A stretch of DNA of 64,000 nt from an uncultured Prolixibacteraceae bacterium (GTDB lineage Bacteria > Bacteroidota > Bacteroidia > Bacteroidales > FEN-979), in NCBI GenBank assembly GCA_964616825.1, contig CAZTSX010000006.1, forward strand, positions 1,635 to 65,634, given 5' to 3'. The position numbers and the translations under genes are program-made. Of this stretch, positions 45,978-55,458 are shown piece by piece. The notes beneath the pieces were generated by a model. It was given only the letters and a program-made list of their open reading frames with translations, did not search any database and was not told the DNA's origin. How positions within the stretch are numbered: position 1 is the stretch's first letter; each line of letters opens with the position of its first letter.

Positions 45978-47879
45978 ATGGAGCCGCGCCAAATACTTCT
46001 TAAACACTGGGGTTATTCATCTTTTCGTCCACTCCAGGAAGAGATCATTCAATCCATCCTGGCAGGAAAAGACACGCTGGCACTTCTCCCCACTGGCGGC
46101 GGGAAATCAATCTGCTTTCAGGTGCCCGCTCTCACGAAAGATGGGCTCTGCCTTGTCATCTCTCCCCTCATCGCCCTGATGAAAGACCAGGTTGACAACC
46201 TGAAAAAGCGAAAAATTCAGGCCGCTGCCATCTACTCGGGTATGCACAAGGATGAAATTGATCTGGTCATCTCCAACGCGAAATTCGGCAAAACAAAACT
46301 CCTCTACATCTCTCCCGAACGACTGGAAACTCCATCGATGAAGGATGCAATCAGCAGGATGAAAATCAATCTCCTGGCTGTGGATGAAGCCCACTGCATC
46401 TCTCAATGGGGTTACGACTTCCGCCCACCATACCTTCAGATCGCCAGAATTCGCCCATTTATCCCGGGTGTGCCGGTACTGGCTCTGACTGCGACAGCGA
46501 CACCAAAAGTGGTCAGAGACATCCAGCAGAAACTGGAATTCCAAAGCGACAATCTTTTTCAACAAAGCTTTGAACGGCAAAATCTGATCTATGTGGTGAT
46601 CAAAGAGGAGAACAAACTCAACCGACTGCTCAAGATCGTAGAAAAAGTGAAGGGTCCCGGAATCATCTATGTCAGGAACCGCAGGGAGACCAAAAAGATT
46701 GCCACCTTTCTGACAAAGAATAAGATCCCTGCCGACTATTACCATGCCGGACTCGATCCCAAAACACGAGACCAGAAACAACAAGCGTGGATGCAGGAAG
46801 AGAAACGTGTGATTGTGGCTACCAACGCTTTCGGAATGGGGATCGATAAACCTAATGTCAGGTTCGTCGTTCACCTCGACGTGCCCGATTGTATCGAAGC
46901 CTACTTCCAGGAAGCAGGAAGGGGAGGGCGAGACCTGAAACGCTCTTACGCAGTTCTGCTCTACGAAAAAGCCGATATTCTGGATGCTCGTCACAATCTG
47001 AAGAAAGCCTACCCGGACCTGAATACCATCAAAGATATCTACCAGGCCCTGGGTAACTATTGCCAGTTACCCATCGGCAGTGGAATGGATGAATCTTTTG
47101 AATTTGAGATTTCCGGCTTTAGTGAACAATTCAACTTCCAGGCTGTAATCGTATATAGCGCTCTCCGGTTCATGGAGAAAGAGGGTTACGTGATGCTGAA
47201 TGAAGGAATGAATAATCCTTCACGTATCTTCATCAAAGCTAATAAAGAGAACCTCTACCGCTTTCAGGTGGCCAATGAATCACTCGATCATTTCCTGAAA
47301 ACCCTGTTACGCTCATATCCGGGCCTCTTTACCGATTTTGTGATCATCAGGGAAGCAGAACTTGCTAAACGGGTTACCATGAAAACTGAACAGGTTGTCA
47401 AAAACCTGAAATTTCTGGCCAAACAGGGAATTCTCGATTACATGCCCCAACGAAGCAAACCGGCTATCACCTATTTGCAGGAGCGCCTGGATCCTAAGAA
47501 TCTGCACATCTCACCAGAGAATTACAGAATTCGGTTGCAAGAAGCTACAAAACGGCTGGATGCTATGGTCAGCTATATTGAATCCATCCATAAATGCCGG
47601 AGCCAGAGCCTGCTTACCTATTTCGGAGAGATAAACGCCAAACGGTGCGGTAAATGTGATGTCTGCCTTGAACGTAACAAACTCAGTCTCAACGAGCGCG
47701 AATTCGATGAAGTCATAAACCGCATCAAACCCAAGCTGAAGGAGAAACCTGCAACCCTGGAAGAAATCGTAGCAGCAGCATCACCTGTTCATGAAGACAA
47801 AGTCCTTCTGGCCATCCGATGGCTTTTAGATAACGAAAAAATCATCTCCTCAAAGGATCAGACCTACTCATGGAAATAA
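45978..47879 (+). CDS. recQ: RecQ family ATP-dependent DNA helicase
   Basis: PTGGGKS, DEAH (VDEAHC), and a C-terminal Zn-binding Cys cluster (CRSQSLL ... CGKCDVC). 633 aa. Confidence 0.9.
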   Translation: MEPRQILLKHWGYSSFRPLQEEIIQSILAGKDTLALLPTGGGKSICFQVPALTKDGLCLVISPLIALMKDQVDNLKKRKIQAAAIYSGMHKDEIDLVISNAKFGKTKLLYISPERLETPSMKDAISRMKINLLAVDEAHCISQWGYDFRPPYLQIARIRPFIPGVPVLALTATATPKVVRDIQQKLEFQSDNLFQQSFERQNLIYVVIKEENKLNRLLKIVEKVKGPGIIYVRNRRETKKIATFLTKNKIPADYYHAGLDPKTRDQKQQAWMQEEKRVIVATNAFGMGIDKPNVRFVVHLDVPDCIEAYFQEAGRGGRDLKRSYAVLLYEKADILDARHNLKKAYPDLNTIKDIYQALGNYCQLPIGSGMDESFEFEISGFSEQFNFQAVIVYSALRFMEKEGYVMLNEGMNNPSRIFIKANKENLYRFQVANESLDHFLKTLLRSYPGLFTDFVIIREAELAKRVTMKTEQVVKNLKFLAKQGILDYMPQRSKPAITYLQERLDPKNLHISPENYRIRLQEATKRLDAMVSYIESIHKCRSQSLLTYFGEINAKRCGKCDVCLERNKLSLNEREFDEVINRIKPKLKEKPATLEEIVAAASPVHEDKVLLAIRWLLDNEKIISSKDQTYSWK

Positions 47880-48562
47880 CAACGATCCTCAAAAATCATC
47901 TCCAGCCTGCAGAGGACTTCATTTACGGTTTTGCTGATCTGCACGGGCTTATTGATTCAAAATTTGACGATTTTACATTTGGAATATCGATCGGAAAACG
48001 ACTGGATAACCATATCGTAGATAATGTCGTAACTGGTCCAACTTTGGAATACTTCCGCCACTACCGGGCCATGAACGAAGAATTATTCAGCATCTCGCAT
48101 CGCATATCTCAGGATCTGAACAAAACCGGTATTCAAACCCTGAACATCTCCCCTTCCGTCACCACCGAAGAGCTGAACACCACATACAATGCCACCCTCC
48201 GCACCGACCTCTCCCATAAAATGGTCGCTACAAGAGCCGGTCTGGGTTGGATCGGAAAACCAGCCCTGTTCATCTCCAGTAAATTCGGTCCCCGGTTGCG
48301 ATTGGTTACAATTCTTACTTCTTACCCCTTGCCTCTTAAAAAAAAGCCAATAGAAACAAGCCGCTGCGGTACCTGCAACCTATGCGTAGAAGCCTGTCCG
48401 GCAGAAGCCACAACCGGACAACTTTGGGATACGTCTATTGATCGCGATGAATTCTTCGATGCACAGAAATGCCGTCAACAATGCAAGGAGTTTGGAGATC
48501 AATTCAACCAGGATATACGCATCTGCGGTATCTGTGTCGCCGTTTGCCCCATTGGCAAGTAA
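47870..48562 (+). CDS. QueG / reductive-dehalogenase-superfamily-like 4Fe-4S protein (short form)
   Basis: SHKMVATRAGLGWIGK motif resembles epoxyqueuosine reductase. Two CxxCxxCxxxCP-type clusters (CGTCNLCVEACP, CGICVAVCP). 230 aa, shorter than canonical QueG. Confidence 0.55.
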   Translation: MEITTILKNHLQPAEDFIYGFADLHGLIDSKFDDFTFGISIGKRLDNHIVDNVVTGPTLEYFRHYRAMNEELFSISHRISQDLNKTGIQTLNISPSVTTEELNTTYNATLRTDLSHKMVATRAGLGWIGKPALFISSKFGPRLRLVTILTSYPLPLKKKPIETSRCGTCNLCVEACPAEATTGQLWDTSIDRDEFFDAQKCRQQCKEFGDQFNQDIRICGICVAVCPIGK

Positions 48563-48565
48563 CAT

Positions 48566-48628
48566 CACCAGTCTCCAGTCACTTGAACCTTATCCTCGTC
48601 CCTCGATCCTCATTCCTCGACCCTGAAA
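48566..48628. repeat. nine in-phase heptamers incl. CCTCRWY x4
   Basis: CACCAGT CTCCAGT CACTTGA ACCTTAT CCTCGTC CCTCGAT CCTCATT CCTCGAC CCTGAAA. Shares ACTTGAACCT and CCTCGTCCCTCGA with 8697-8725. Confidence 0.85.
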
Positions 48629-48657
48629 ATTATTATCTTTGCCATAAACCCGGGATC

Positions 48658-49191
48658 ATGAAAAAAACCCTCATCTTTCTCTCTTTCCTCTTCCTCTTCT
48701 CCCTTTCCTGTAACGAACTTGATCAGTTTACCATGTTTGATATCGATTTCAACCAGTCATATACCATCCCACCCATCCCTGTTATCAATATTCCGGTCAA
48801 GATCTCATTACCTCCCGTAGCGACTCATTCCGATTCTCTTTTTCAAGTATATGATACAGATATAAGTCTGATCGAAAAAGCTACGCTGAAGGAGATGCGA
48901 CTAATTGTCAATTCACCTGAAGAAGGTAATTTCAAATTTCTGAAGTCCATTTCTTTCTTTCTGGGAGCGGCTGGTATCCCTGAAAAAGAAGCAGCATGGC
49001 ACTATAATGTCCCGGAAGCTGCTTCAGATACCCTCCTGCTGGAAACTACAGGCGAAGATCTGAGCCTATTTATCGTACAGGACACACTCCTGGTAACCGT
49101 GTCAATTTTAACCGACACCGCTACTTCTGAGGAATACAAGATCACTGCTGAGATGATTTTTTTTGTAGATGCCAAGATTCTGGGATTGTAG
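48658..49191 (+). CDS. probable lipoprotein, unknown function
   Basis: Start at MKKTLIFLSFLFLFSLSC. The upstream part of track ORF 48469.. reads through a heptamer repeat array. Confidence 0.5.
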   Translation: MKKTLIFLSFLFLFSLSCNELDQFTMFDIDFNQSYTIPPIPVINIPVKISLPPVATHSDSLFQVYDTDISLIEKATLKEMRLIVNSPEEGNFKFLKSISFFLGAAGIPEKEAAWHYNVPEAASDTLLLETTGEDLSLFIVQDTLLVTVSILTDTATSEEYKITAEMIFFVDAKILGL

Positions 49192-49312
49192 CTTTGAACC
49201 TACTATTTAAATATATATCGAGAAAATCACAGGAGTTGTCCATTATTTTTTCCAGGTTAATCCCACTTTTCTACTTTTAGCACAAAGTTTAATAAACAAA
49301 ATGGAGGAATTT

Positions 49313-51454
49313 ATGAAAAAAACACTTTTTACTATTTGTATTTTGTTCGTACTGGCAATTTCAGCCATGGCCCAGGAGGGCATGTGGCTGTTGAACCAGA
49401 TCGATCAGCTGGATTTGAACGACCAGGGTCTTCAGATCAGTACAACAGAAATTTATCATCCCGGACAACCAGCGATTTCAAATGCCATTGTCCAGCTGGG
49501 TGGCGGGACAGCCTCTTTTGTCTCTTCTGAAGGATTATTACTGACCAACCACCACGTTGCCTACACAGCACTTCAACGGGCTTCAGATGTGCAGAGCAAC
49601 TACCTGGCTGACGGCTTTCTGGCTAGAAAGAAAAGTGATGAGATCCAGGCTCCCGGTTATCGGGCAAGGATCCTGGTGGAGATGACAGATGTAACTGAAA
49701 AAGTTCTTCAGGCAGTCAAAGATCTCAATGACCTTGAGGAGCGCGACCGGAAAATCACTGAGATATCCGCTGCCATGACTAAAAAAATCGAAGATGATAT
49801 TAAAGACGCAGATGCTCGAGTGGCTTCCATGTATAATGGCAAGCAATATGTGCTGTTTGTCTACAAAGTACTGAAAGATATCCGGATAGTCTATTCTCCC
49901 CCACTCTCTATTGGGAATTATGGCGGAGAGATCGACAACTGGATGTGGCCCAGGCACACAGGCGACTTTTCATTCCTGCGTGCCTATGTAGCTCCTGATG
50001 GAACCGGTGTCGAATACAGCGAAGAAAACGTGCCATACAATCCGGAGATCTGGCTAAAAATCGCCAATGAAGAACTGAAACCCGGTGATCTAACCTTTGT
50101 TGTAGGATTCCCCGGATCCACAACACGCTACCGGACATCAAACTCTGCAGGATGGAACCTGAAAGAGAACTACCCTTTCTCAATTACAAACTACAGCGAC
50201 ATCATTCTACTGGCTGAAGAGTTGACCCAAAATGACCCTGAAGGTGCATTGAAGGTAGCTAATCTGTCAAAAGGACTGGCCAACGCCAAAAAGAACTACC
50301 AGGGAAAAATTGACGGAATGACCCGGACAAAATATGTTGAACGAAAAAAGAAATTTGAACAAGAGTTCATGGATTGGGTAAACAGTACGCCTGAAACAAA
50401 AGTAAAATATGCGACCATCCTCGATCAGATCAAAGAACAGTATAAAGTCATCAAAAAGACAAAGGATCGTGATAATCTGCTGGGATTGTTCCAAGGGCTG
50501 GCTGGAACACGAACAGATGTTGCATACTATGCCTACCTGATTGCATCCGAGAACGAAAAACCCGAAAATGAAAGGATTCCCGGGTTTTCACCTAAACTGG
50601 TTGATAACCTCATCAAAGGTCTTAAGTATACCTATAACAACTATTATGAGTCGTTCGATAAAGCACTTCTTGTCAGGACATTAAAACAAGTTCAGGAACT
50701 TCCTGATGGTCAACGCATAGAGAGCTTGGATTACATCTTTTCCGATCCTGATAAATCCATTGAGGTCTTTGTTGATGAAGCCTATGAAAACTCGCGACTG
50801 GATGACCTGGATTGGGTCGTTACACTTGTCGATAAATCAACTGATGAATTAAACGCATTGAACGATCCGATTATCACGATGATGGCCAATCTCTATCCAT
50901 ATATGGAAGAGAATCGCGCCATGAACAACACATTTGCCAGAATCGTGATTGATCTTCGGAAACAATATATTGACGCATTGTACGAGTGGAAAGGATCCAC
51001 CCTCTACCCAGATGCTAATGGTACCATCCGATTTACATATGGCCCCGTGAAAGGATATAGCCCAGAAGACGCTGTCTGGTATGAACCCTTTACAACCCTA
51101 AGGGGTGTTATAGAAAAAAATACCGGCGTTCGTCCTTTTGATGCTCCCGGGAAGCTGGTCAAACTTTATGAAGAGAGAGATTTCGGACAGTGGGCAAATT
51201 CAACATTGAAAGACATTCCAATAGCCTTTCTCCATAGGTGCGACATCACTGGAGGGAATAGCGGCAGCCCGGTAATGAACGCCAACGGCGAAGTGATCGG
51301 AGTCTGTTTTGACGGAAACTACGAGGCTATGATCAGCGACTGGCAGTACGATTATAAGATCCAGCGGACCATCTCCGTAGATATCAGGTACGTTCTCTTT
51401 ATCACCGAGAAGTTTGCCGATGCTGGATTTATTCTGAAAGAGATGGGTATCTGA
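49313..51454 (+). CDS. S46 family dipeptidyl-peptidase (DPP7/DPP11-like)
   Basis: Signal peptide followed by EGMWLL, TNHHV (His) and GGNSGSPV (Ser). ~713 aa. Confidence 0.9.
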   Translation: MKKTLFTICILFVLAISAMAQEGMWLLNQIDQLDLNDQGLQISTTEIYHPGQPAISNAIVQLGGGTASFVSSEGLLLTNHHVAYTALQRASDVQSNYLADGFLARKKSDEIQAPGYRARILVEMTDVTEKVLQAVKDLNDLEERDRKITEISAAMTKKIEDDIKDADARVASMYNGKQYVLFVYKVLKDIRIVYSPPLSIGNYGGEIDNWMWPRHTGDFSFLRAYVAPDGTGVEYSEENVPYNPEIWLKIANEELKPGDLTFVVGFPGSTTRYRTSNSAGWNLKENYPFSITNYSDIILLAEELTQNDPEGALKVANLSKGLANAKKNYQGKIDGMTRTKYVERKKKFEQEFMDWVNSTPETKVKYATILDQIKEQYKVIKKTKDRDNLLGLFQGLAGTRTDVAYYAYLIASENEKPENERIPGFSPKLVDNLIKGLKYTYNNYYESFDKALLVRTLKQVQELPDGQRIESLDYIFSDPDKSIEVFVDEAYENSRLDDLDWVVTLVDKSTDELNALNDPIITMMANLYPYMEENRAMNNTFARIVIDLRKQYIDALYEWKGSTLYPDANGTIRFTYGPVKGYSPEDAVWYEPFTTLRGVIEKNTGVRPFDAPGKLVKLYEERDFGQWANSTLKDIPIAFLHRCDITGGNSGSPVMNANGEVIGVCFDGNYEAMISDWQYDYKIQRTISVDIRYVLFITEKFADAGFILKEMGI

Positions 51455-52044
51455 TGATCCTGCCACGTGAATTCTACATACGGACCGATGTAGTAGAAAT
51501 CGCCAAAGAGCTTTTAGGCAAATTACTTGTTACCCGGATCGACGGAGTATTCACCTCTGGCCTGATTACAGAAACCGAAGCCTATGCCGGAGTCACCGAC
51601 CGGGCCTCCCATGCTTTTGGAGGGCGAAGAAGCGCACGGACGGAGGTCATGTACCGGATAGGGGGCACAGCATATGTCTATCTCTGCTATGGGATCCATT
51701 CTCTTTTCAATGTAGTCACAAATGATGTGGATATTCCTCATGCTGTGTTGATCAGGGGAATCCGGCCTGTAGATGGGATGAAACAAATGCTTCAACGAGC
51801 GGGGAAGAAAAATGCGCGAAAAGACTTTGCAAACGGACCGGGAAAAATATCAAAAATCCTGGGGATTAATTTTCAACATACCGGACTGGATTTGATGACC
51901 ATTTCCCGTGAAAAACGTAAACCGGCAATCTGGATAGAAACCGGTGAAACCATTATACCTACAGCGATCATCTCTTCATCTCGCATCGGCATCAACTATG
52001 CGGAAGAGGATGCGAAGTTACTCTATCGGTTCCTTGTAAAATAA
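51454..52044 (+). CDS. DNA-3-methyladenine glycosylase (Mpg/AAG family)
   Basis: 196 aa. ITETEAYAG ... DRASHAF ... YLCYGIH pattern typical of the AAG family. TGATG overlap with the upstream gene. Confidence 0.85.
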   Translation: MILPREFYIRTDVVEIAKELLGKLLVTRIDGVFTSGLITETEAYAGVTDRASHAFGGRRSARTEVMYRIGGTAYVYLCYGIHSLFNVVTNDVDIPHAVLIRGIRPVDGMKQMLQRAGKKNARKDFANGPGKISKILGINFQHTGLDLMTISREKRKPAIWIETGETIIPTAIISSSRIGINYAEEDAKLLYRFLVK

Positions 52045-52046
52045 AA

Positions 52047-52071
52047 GGGCGGCCCGTAGGGCCGCCCTTTT
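52047..52071. terminator. bidirectional Rho-independent terminator
   Basis: Perfect 9-bp GC stem GGGCGGCCC / GGGCCGCCC with loop GTA, flanked by AAAA (52043-46) and TTTT (52068-71). Lies between convergent mpg and hup. Confidence 0.85.
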
Positions 52072-52090
52072 ACATTGAATTCGAAATGTC

Positions 52091-52363
52091 TTACTTTACT
52101 TTCGCTGCTAACTCAGCGCCAGCTTTGAATTTAACAACTTTTTTGGCAGCGATTGTAATCTCTCTGCCATTTTGAGGATTGCGTCCTTTACGAGCAGCTC
52201 TCTTCGAAACTGCAAAAGAACCGAAACCAACTAAAGCAACTCTCTCACCCTTGGCCAGAGCACCGGTTGTTGCGCCAATAACGGCCTCCAATGCCCTCTT
52301 GGCATCAGCTTTCGTCATCTTTGCCTCAGCTGCTATAGATTCAATTAATTGAGCTTTGTTCAT
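52091..52363 (-). CDS. hup: HU family DNA-binding protein
   Basis: 90 aa. [11 protein letters not shown] ... [21 protein letters not shown] beta-arm motif. Confidence 0.9.
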   Translation of the reverse strand: MNKAQLIESIAAEAKMTKADAKRALEAVIGATTGALAKGERVALVGFGSFAVSKRAARKGRNPQNGREITIAAKKVVKFKAGAELAAKVK

Positions 52364-52404
52364 TTTCTTTTCCTTTTTAGTGAATACTCATTTTTTAAGC
52401 CTCA

Positions 52405-52412
52405 CAAATATA
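52405..52412 (-). promoter_or_regulatory. -7 box TATATTTG upstream of hup
   Basis: TAnnTTTG match 41 nt upstream of ATG 52363. Confidence 0.5.
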
Positions 52413-52522
52413 CACTATTTACAAGGGTTGTCAAGGGTCAGTCGCCCAAAACCACTATAAATGTTAATAAAACGGTGATATTGTTAATAACTGGAGCTGA
52501 AAAGCCTTAATTTACAGGGGTT

Positions 52523-53485
52523 TCAGGCCAATTTAGATCCAAAACCATTCAAGAATTCACCAATACTCATCAGTTTCCTGGCTGCTGGTTGGAGAGAATG
52601 GATTAAAATGGCGCCTTGAATAGTGCAGATCTTAAGGAATTGCTTTCTGTCTGTGATGACCATTCCTGGAGAAGAGGATGAAACCAGGCTTTTATCAATC
52701 TGCACTGACACAATTTTAATACGTAAATGTGAGCCATCCTTCATACGGATCTCTGAAAATGCTCCGGGAAAAGGGGTCAGTCCCCGGATCTTGTTGTAAA
52801 CATTGTCAACCTCACTGTTCCAGTCAATAATCGTATTCTTCCTGTGAATTTTTGGGGCAGGTTTCAATGAAACAGCTCTTTGTCCTATCTTGGTCTGATC
52901 CACGGGAGAAATGGTTCCCTCTGTAATTCGCTTTACAGTCTCAACCACCAGGTGAGCCCCATCCTTCATTAACTTGTCGTGCAACTGACCAGCAGTCTCA
53001 TCCGGTCCAATCTCCGTTCTCGTCTGAAGCAGAATGGCACCTGTATCGATCTTATCATTAATAAAAAAAGTGGTCACACCTGTTTCAGTTTCACCATTTA
53101 TGATGGCATGATTGATCGGAGCTGCTCCGCGATATTGAGGTAAAAGAGAAGCATGAAGGTTAAATGTACCCAATGCAGGCATCTCCCAAACCTCGCAGGG
53201 TAACATCCGGAAAGCAACAACAACTTGCAGATCGGGCTTGAGTTCAGATAAGGTTTGCAAAAAATCGGGACTCTTCAGGTTGGGAGGCTGAAAAAATGGA
53301 AGGCCGCACGCTAACGCATATTTTTTCACAGGCGGTTCACCCAGACTCAATCCCCGGCCAGCAGGTTTGTCCTGAGCAGTCACCACACCTACAACATCAA
53401 ATCCGCTTGCTGCTAAGGCTTCAAGTGAAGCTATGGCAAATTCAGGTGTGCCGAAGAATACAATGCGCGGATTCTCTTTTATCAC
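52523..53485 (-). CDS. fmt: methionyl-tRNA formyltransferase
   Basis: IVFFGTPEFA N-terminus, HASLLPQYRGAAPI catalytic motif. GTG start overlaps the upstream stop by 1 nt. Confidence 0.95.
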   Translation of the reverse strand: MIKENPRIVFFGTPEFAIASLEALAASGFDVVGVVTAQDKPAGRGLSLGEPPVKKYALACGLPFFQPPNLKSPDFLQTLSELKPDLQVVVAFRMLPCEVWEMPALGTFNLHASLLPQYRGAAPINHAIINGETETGVTTFFINDKIDTGAILLQTRTEIGPDETAGQLHDKLMKDGAHLVVETVKRITEGTISPVDQTKIGQRAVSLKPAPKIHRKNTIIDWNSEVDNVYNKIRGLTPFPGAFSEIRMKDGSHLRIKIVSVQIDKSLVSSSSPGMVITDRKQFLKICTIQGAILIHSLQPAARKLMSIGEFLNGFGSKLA

Positions 53486-54183
53486 TACTCTCCTGCCTTT
53501 CCCCTGGCGTAACTTATATTCTTATCGATTTGCGTTCCTTCAAACGACCGTGGAAAATCCTTCTTAATTTGTTCATATGCATCCAACGCCCGGCTATAGT
53601 TGCCCTTGATCTCATAAGCAAGGCCCGCTTTCATCAAAAACATAGGAGCCGTGAGTTCGTTGTTACTTTGGTCAGCAGCATCCAGATAATACCCGATTGC
53701 CTTATCCACTTCACCCAATTCCATGTAAACATCTCCAATTGCTCCTGTTGCCATCGGAGCGGCTACCTCATCGTCGCCGTCAAACTTTTTCAGGTAGACG
53801 ATCGCCTGGTCAAAATCAGTTAACCGGAGATAACTGATCCCGGCATAGTAACAAGCCAGATTTGCCGATTTTGTAAGGCCATACTGATCAATGATATCCA
53901 GAAATCCAAGATAGTTGCCGTCACCGTTTAATGCCAACTGTAATGAGTCTTGCTCAAAATACATCTCCGCCATAAACATCTGGCTCTGAGCCTCTTTCTC
54001 CTGAGGTTCCAGGTAATATTTTCTGAAGCCAAAGAAACCGAGTACAATGATGATTAAAATCCCAACAACGATCAGAATGATCTTCTGGTTTTTCTCAATG
54101 AAAGCTTCCGTCTTGCTTAATACCTCCTCAACGCTATGGATTCGTTCATCTGTCTTCTTCGTATCAACCTTTTTTGCGGTCAT
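53485..54183 (-). CDS. membrane-anchored tetratricopeptide repeat protein (YfgM-like)
   Basis: One TM helix (IILIVVGILIIIVLGFFGF) followed by TPR-like helical repeats. 232 aa. Confidence 0.65.
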   Translation of the reverse strand: MTAKKVDTKKTDERIHSVEEVLSKTEAFIEKNQKIILIVVGILIIIVLGFFGFRKYYLEPQEKEAQSQMFMAEMYFEQDSLQLALNGDGNYLGFLDIIDQYGLTKSANLACYYAGISYLRLTDFDQAIVYLKKFDGDDEVAAPMATGAIGDVYMELGEVDKAIGYYLDAADQSNNELTAPMFLMKAGLAYEIKGNYSRALDAYEQIKKDFPRSFEGTQIDKNISYARGKAGE

Positions 54184-54214
54184 ATCTGAATCTTTTGCTT
54201 GATTTTTAGATGTG

Positions 54215-54222
54215 CAAAATTA
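54215..54222 (-). promoter_or_regulatory. -7 box TAATTTTG upstream of TPR-fmt operon
   Basis: TAnnTTTG match 31 nt upstream of ATG 54183. Confidence 0.45.
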
Positions 54223-54260
54223 GTTATTTTTTTTACTTTTACGATGTATTCTGAAAACAA

Positions 54261-54956
54261 ATGAAGTTCCCTGAGCACTATACCCTGGCTGAGAAAAACA
54301 AACTATTAGATCATCTCCTCACCTTTGTCTCAGGGAATAAACAACAAAAATTCCGTGAGATTATACAAAGCCGAACCCGGTATGTTACCATTGTCCTCGA
54401 AGATATCTTCCAGCCACATAACGCAAGTGCTGTTTTGAGAAGTTGTGACTGTTTTGGCATTCAGGATATCCATATCATTGAAAATAAAAATCCTTACGAA
54501 GTAAACCCCGATGTAGCTCTGGGATCTGCCAAGTGGCTCAACCTGATCAAATACAACAAAACAGTTCAGAATACAACTGAATGCCTGAATGGTTTAAAAG
54601 AAAAAGGGTACCGGATCGTCGCTACAACTCCTCACAAAGATGATTTTACACCTGAGGATTTCCCCCTAGACAATAAGTTCGCGCTTGTGTTTGGCACCGA
54701 ACTTGAAGGATTGACGGATGATGCCCTCAACCTGGCGGATATGTATATCAGAATTCCGATGATAGGTTTCACTGAGAGCCTGAATATCAGCGTCTCAGCT
54801 GCCATCATGCTTCATACACTGACAGGCCGGCTATTCAGCTCCGGAATCAATTGGAAGCTGCCTGATGAAGAGATGACAGAGACCCTGCTAACGTGGGCAT
54901 CATCGGTAGTGAAAAAGCCAGATCTGTTGATCAGAGACTTTGTAACCAATCAATAA
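54261..54956 (+). CDS. SpoU/TrmH family RNA 2'-O-methyltransferase
   Basis: SPOUT motifs HNASAVLRSCDCFG, FGTELEGL, ESLNISVSAA. 231 aa. Confidence 0.75.
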   Translation: MKFPEHYTLAEKNKLLDHLLTFVSGNKQQKFREIIQSRTRYVTIVLEDIFQPHNASAVLRSCDCFGIQDIHIIENKNPYEVNPDVALGSAKWLNLIKYNKTVQNTTECLNGLKEKGYRIVATTPHKDDFTPEDFPLDNKFALVFGTELEGLTDDALNLADMYIRIPMIGFTESLNISVSAAIMLHTLTGRLFSSGINWKLPDEEMTETLLTWASSVVKKPDLLIRDFVTNQ

Positions 54957-54964
54957 AATTTTAT

Positions 54965-54972
54965 TACTTTTG
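54965..54972 (+). promoter_or_regulatory. -7 box TACTTTTG upstream of THX-like gene
   Basis: TAnnTTTG match 38 nt upstream of ATG 55011. Confidence 0.5.
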
Positions 54973-55010
54973 CGCCCTGCAAATAAGATACACAATCTAA
55001 AAAATCTGAC

Positions 55011-55445
55011 ATGGGAAAAGGAGATAAAAAAACGCGCAGAGGTAAAATTATCAATAAAAGTTATGGCGTTTCGAGGCCGAGAAAGAAAACCCGGACAGCT
55101 CCCGTTGTTATAACAAAACCGAAAAAAGAAACGAAACCAAAGAAAGAGGTCAAACCGAAGAAGGAAGAGGTCCCTGTAGTAGCTGAAACTCCGGTTGTGA
55201 AAACACCACATGTTGTTGAAGAAAAGGTTGAAAAGGTTGAGCTAGTTGAAGCACCAGAGAAGGAAGAGAAAAAACCTGCTGCAAAGAAAGTCCCTGCTAA
55301 AAAAGCTCCTGTAAAGAAAGCTCCTGCAAAAAAAGTCATTGCCACTGAAGCAAAAGCCAAAACGACAAAGACAGCTAAAACTTCTGCAAAGCCGTCAAAA
55401 CCAAAAGCGAGTGCTGCCAAGAAAACGGATGAGAAATCTGAATAA
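55011..55445 (+). CDS. THX-like small ribosomal protein fused to a K/A/P/E-rich histone-H1-like tail
   Basis: First ~27 aa MGKGDKKTRRGKIINKSYGVSRPRKKT match my recollection of bTHX. The remaining ~115 aa are low-complexity (PAKKAPVKKAPAKK). Confidence 0.65.
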   Translation: MGKGDKKTRRGKIINKSYGVSRPRKKTRTAPVVITKPKKETKPKKEVKPKKEEVPVVAETPVVKTPHVVEEKVEKVELVEAPEKEEKKPAAKKVPAKKAPVKKAPAKKVIATEAKAKTTKTAKTSAKPSKPKASAAKKTDEKSE

Positions 55446-55458
55446 ATAAATCCCTCTG

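Noticed and set aside
46107-46994. 295-aa ORF on the minus strand
   Set aside because: It lies entirely antisense to the strongly supported recQ gene. It has no recognisable motifs. Its length is explained by codon-complement bias of the real gene.
55061-55420. 119-aa minus-strand ORF rich in A/F/G/T
   Set aside because: It is the mirror translation of the K/A/P-rich tail of the THX-like gene. Low-complexity antisense frames stay open by composition alone.
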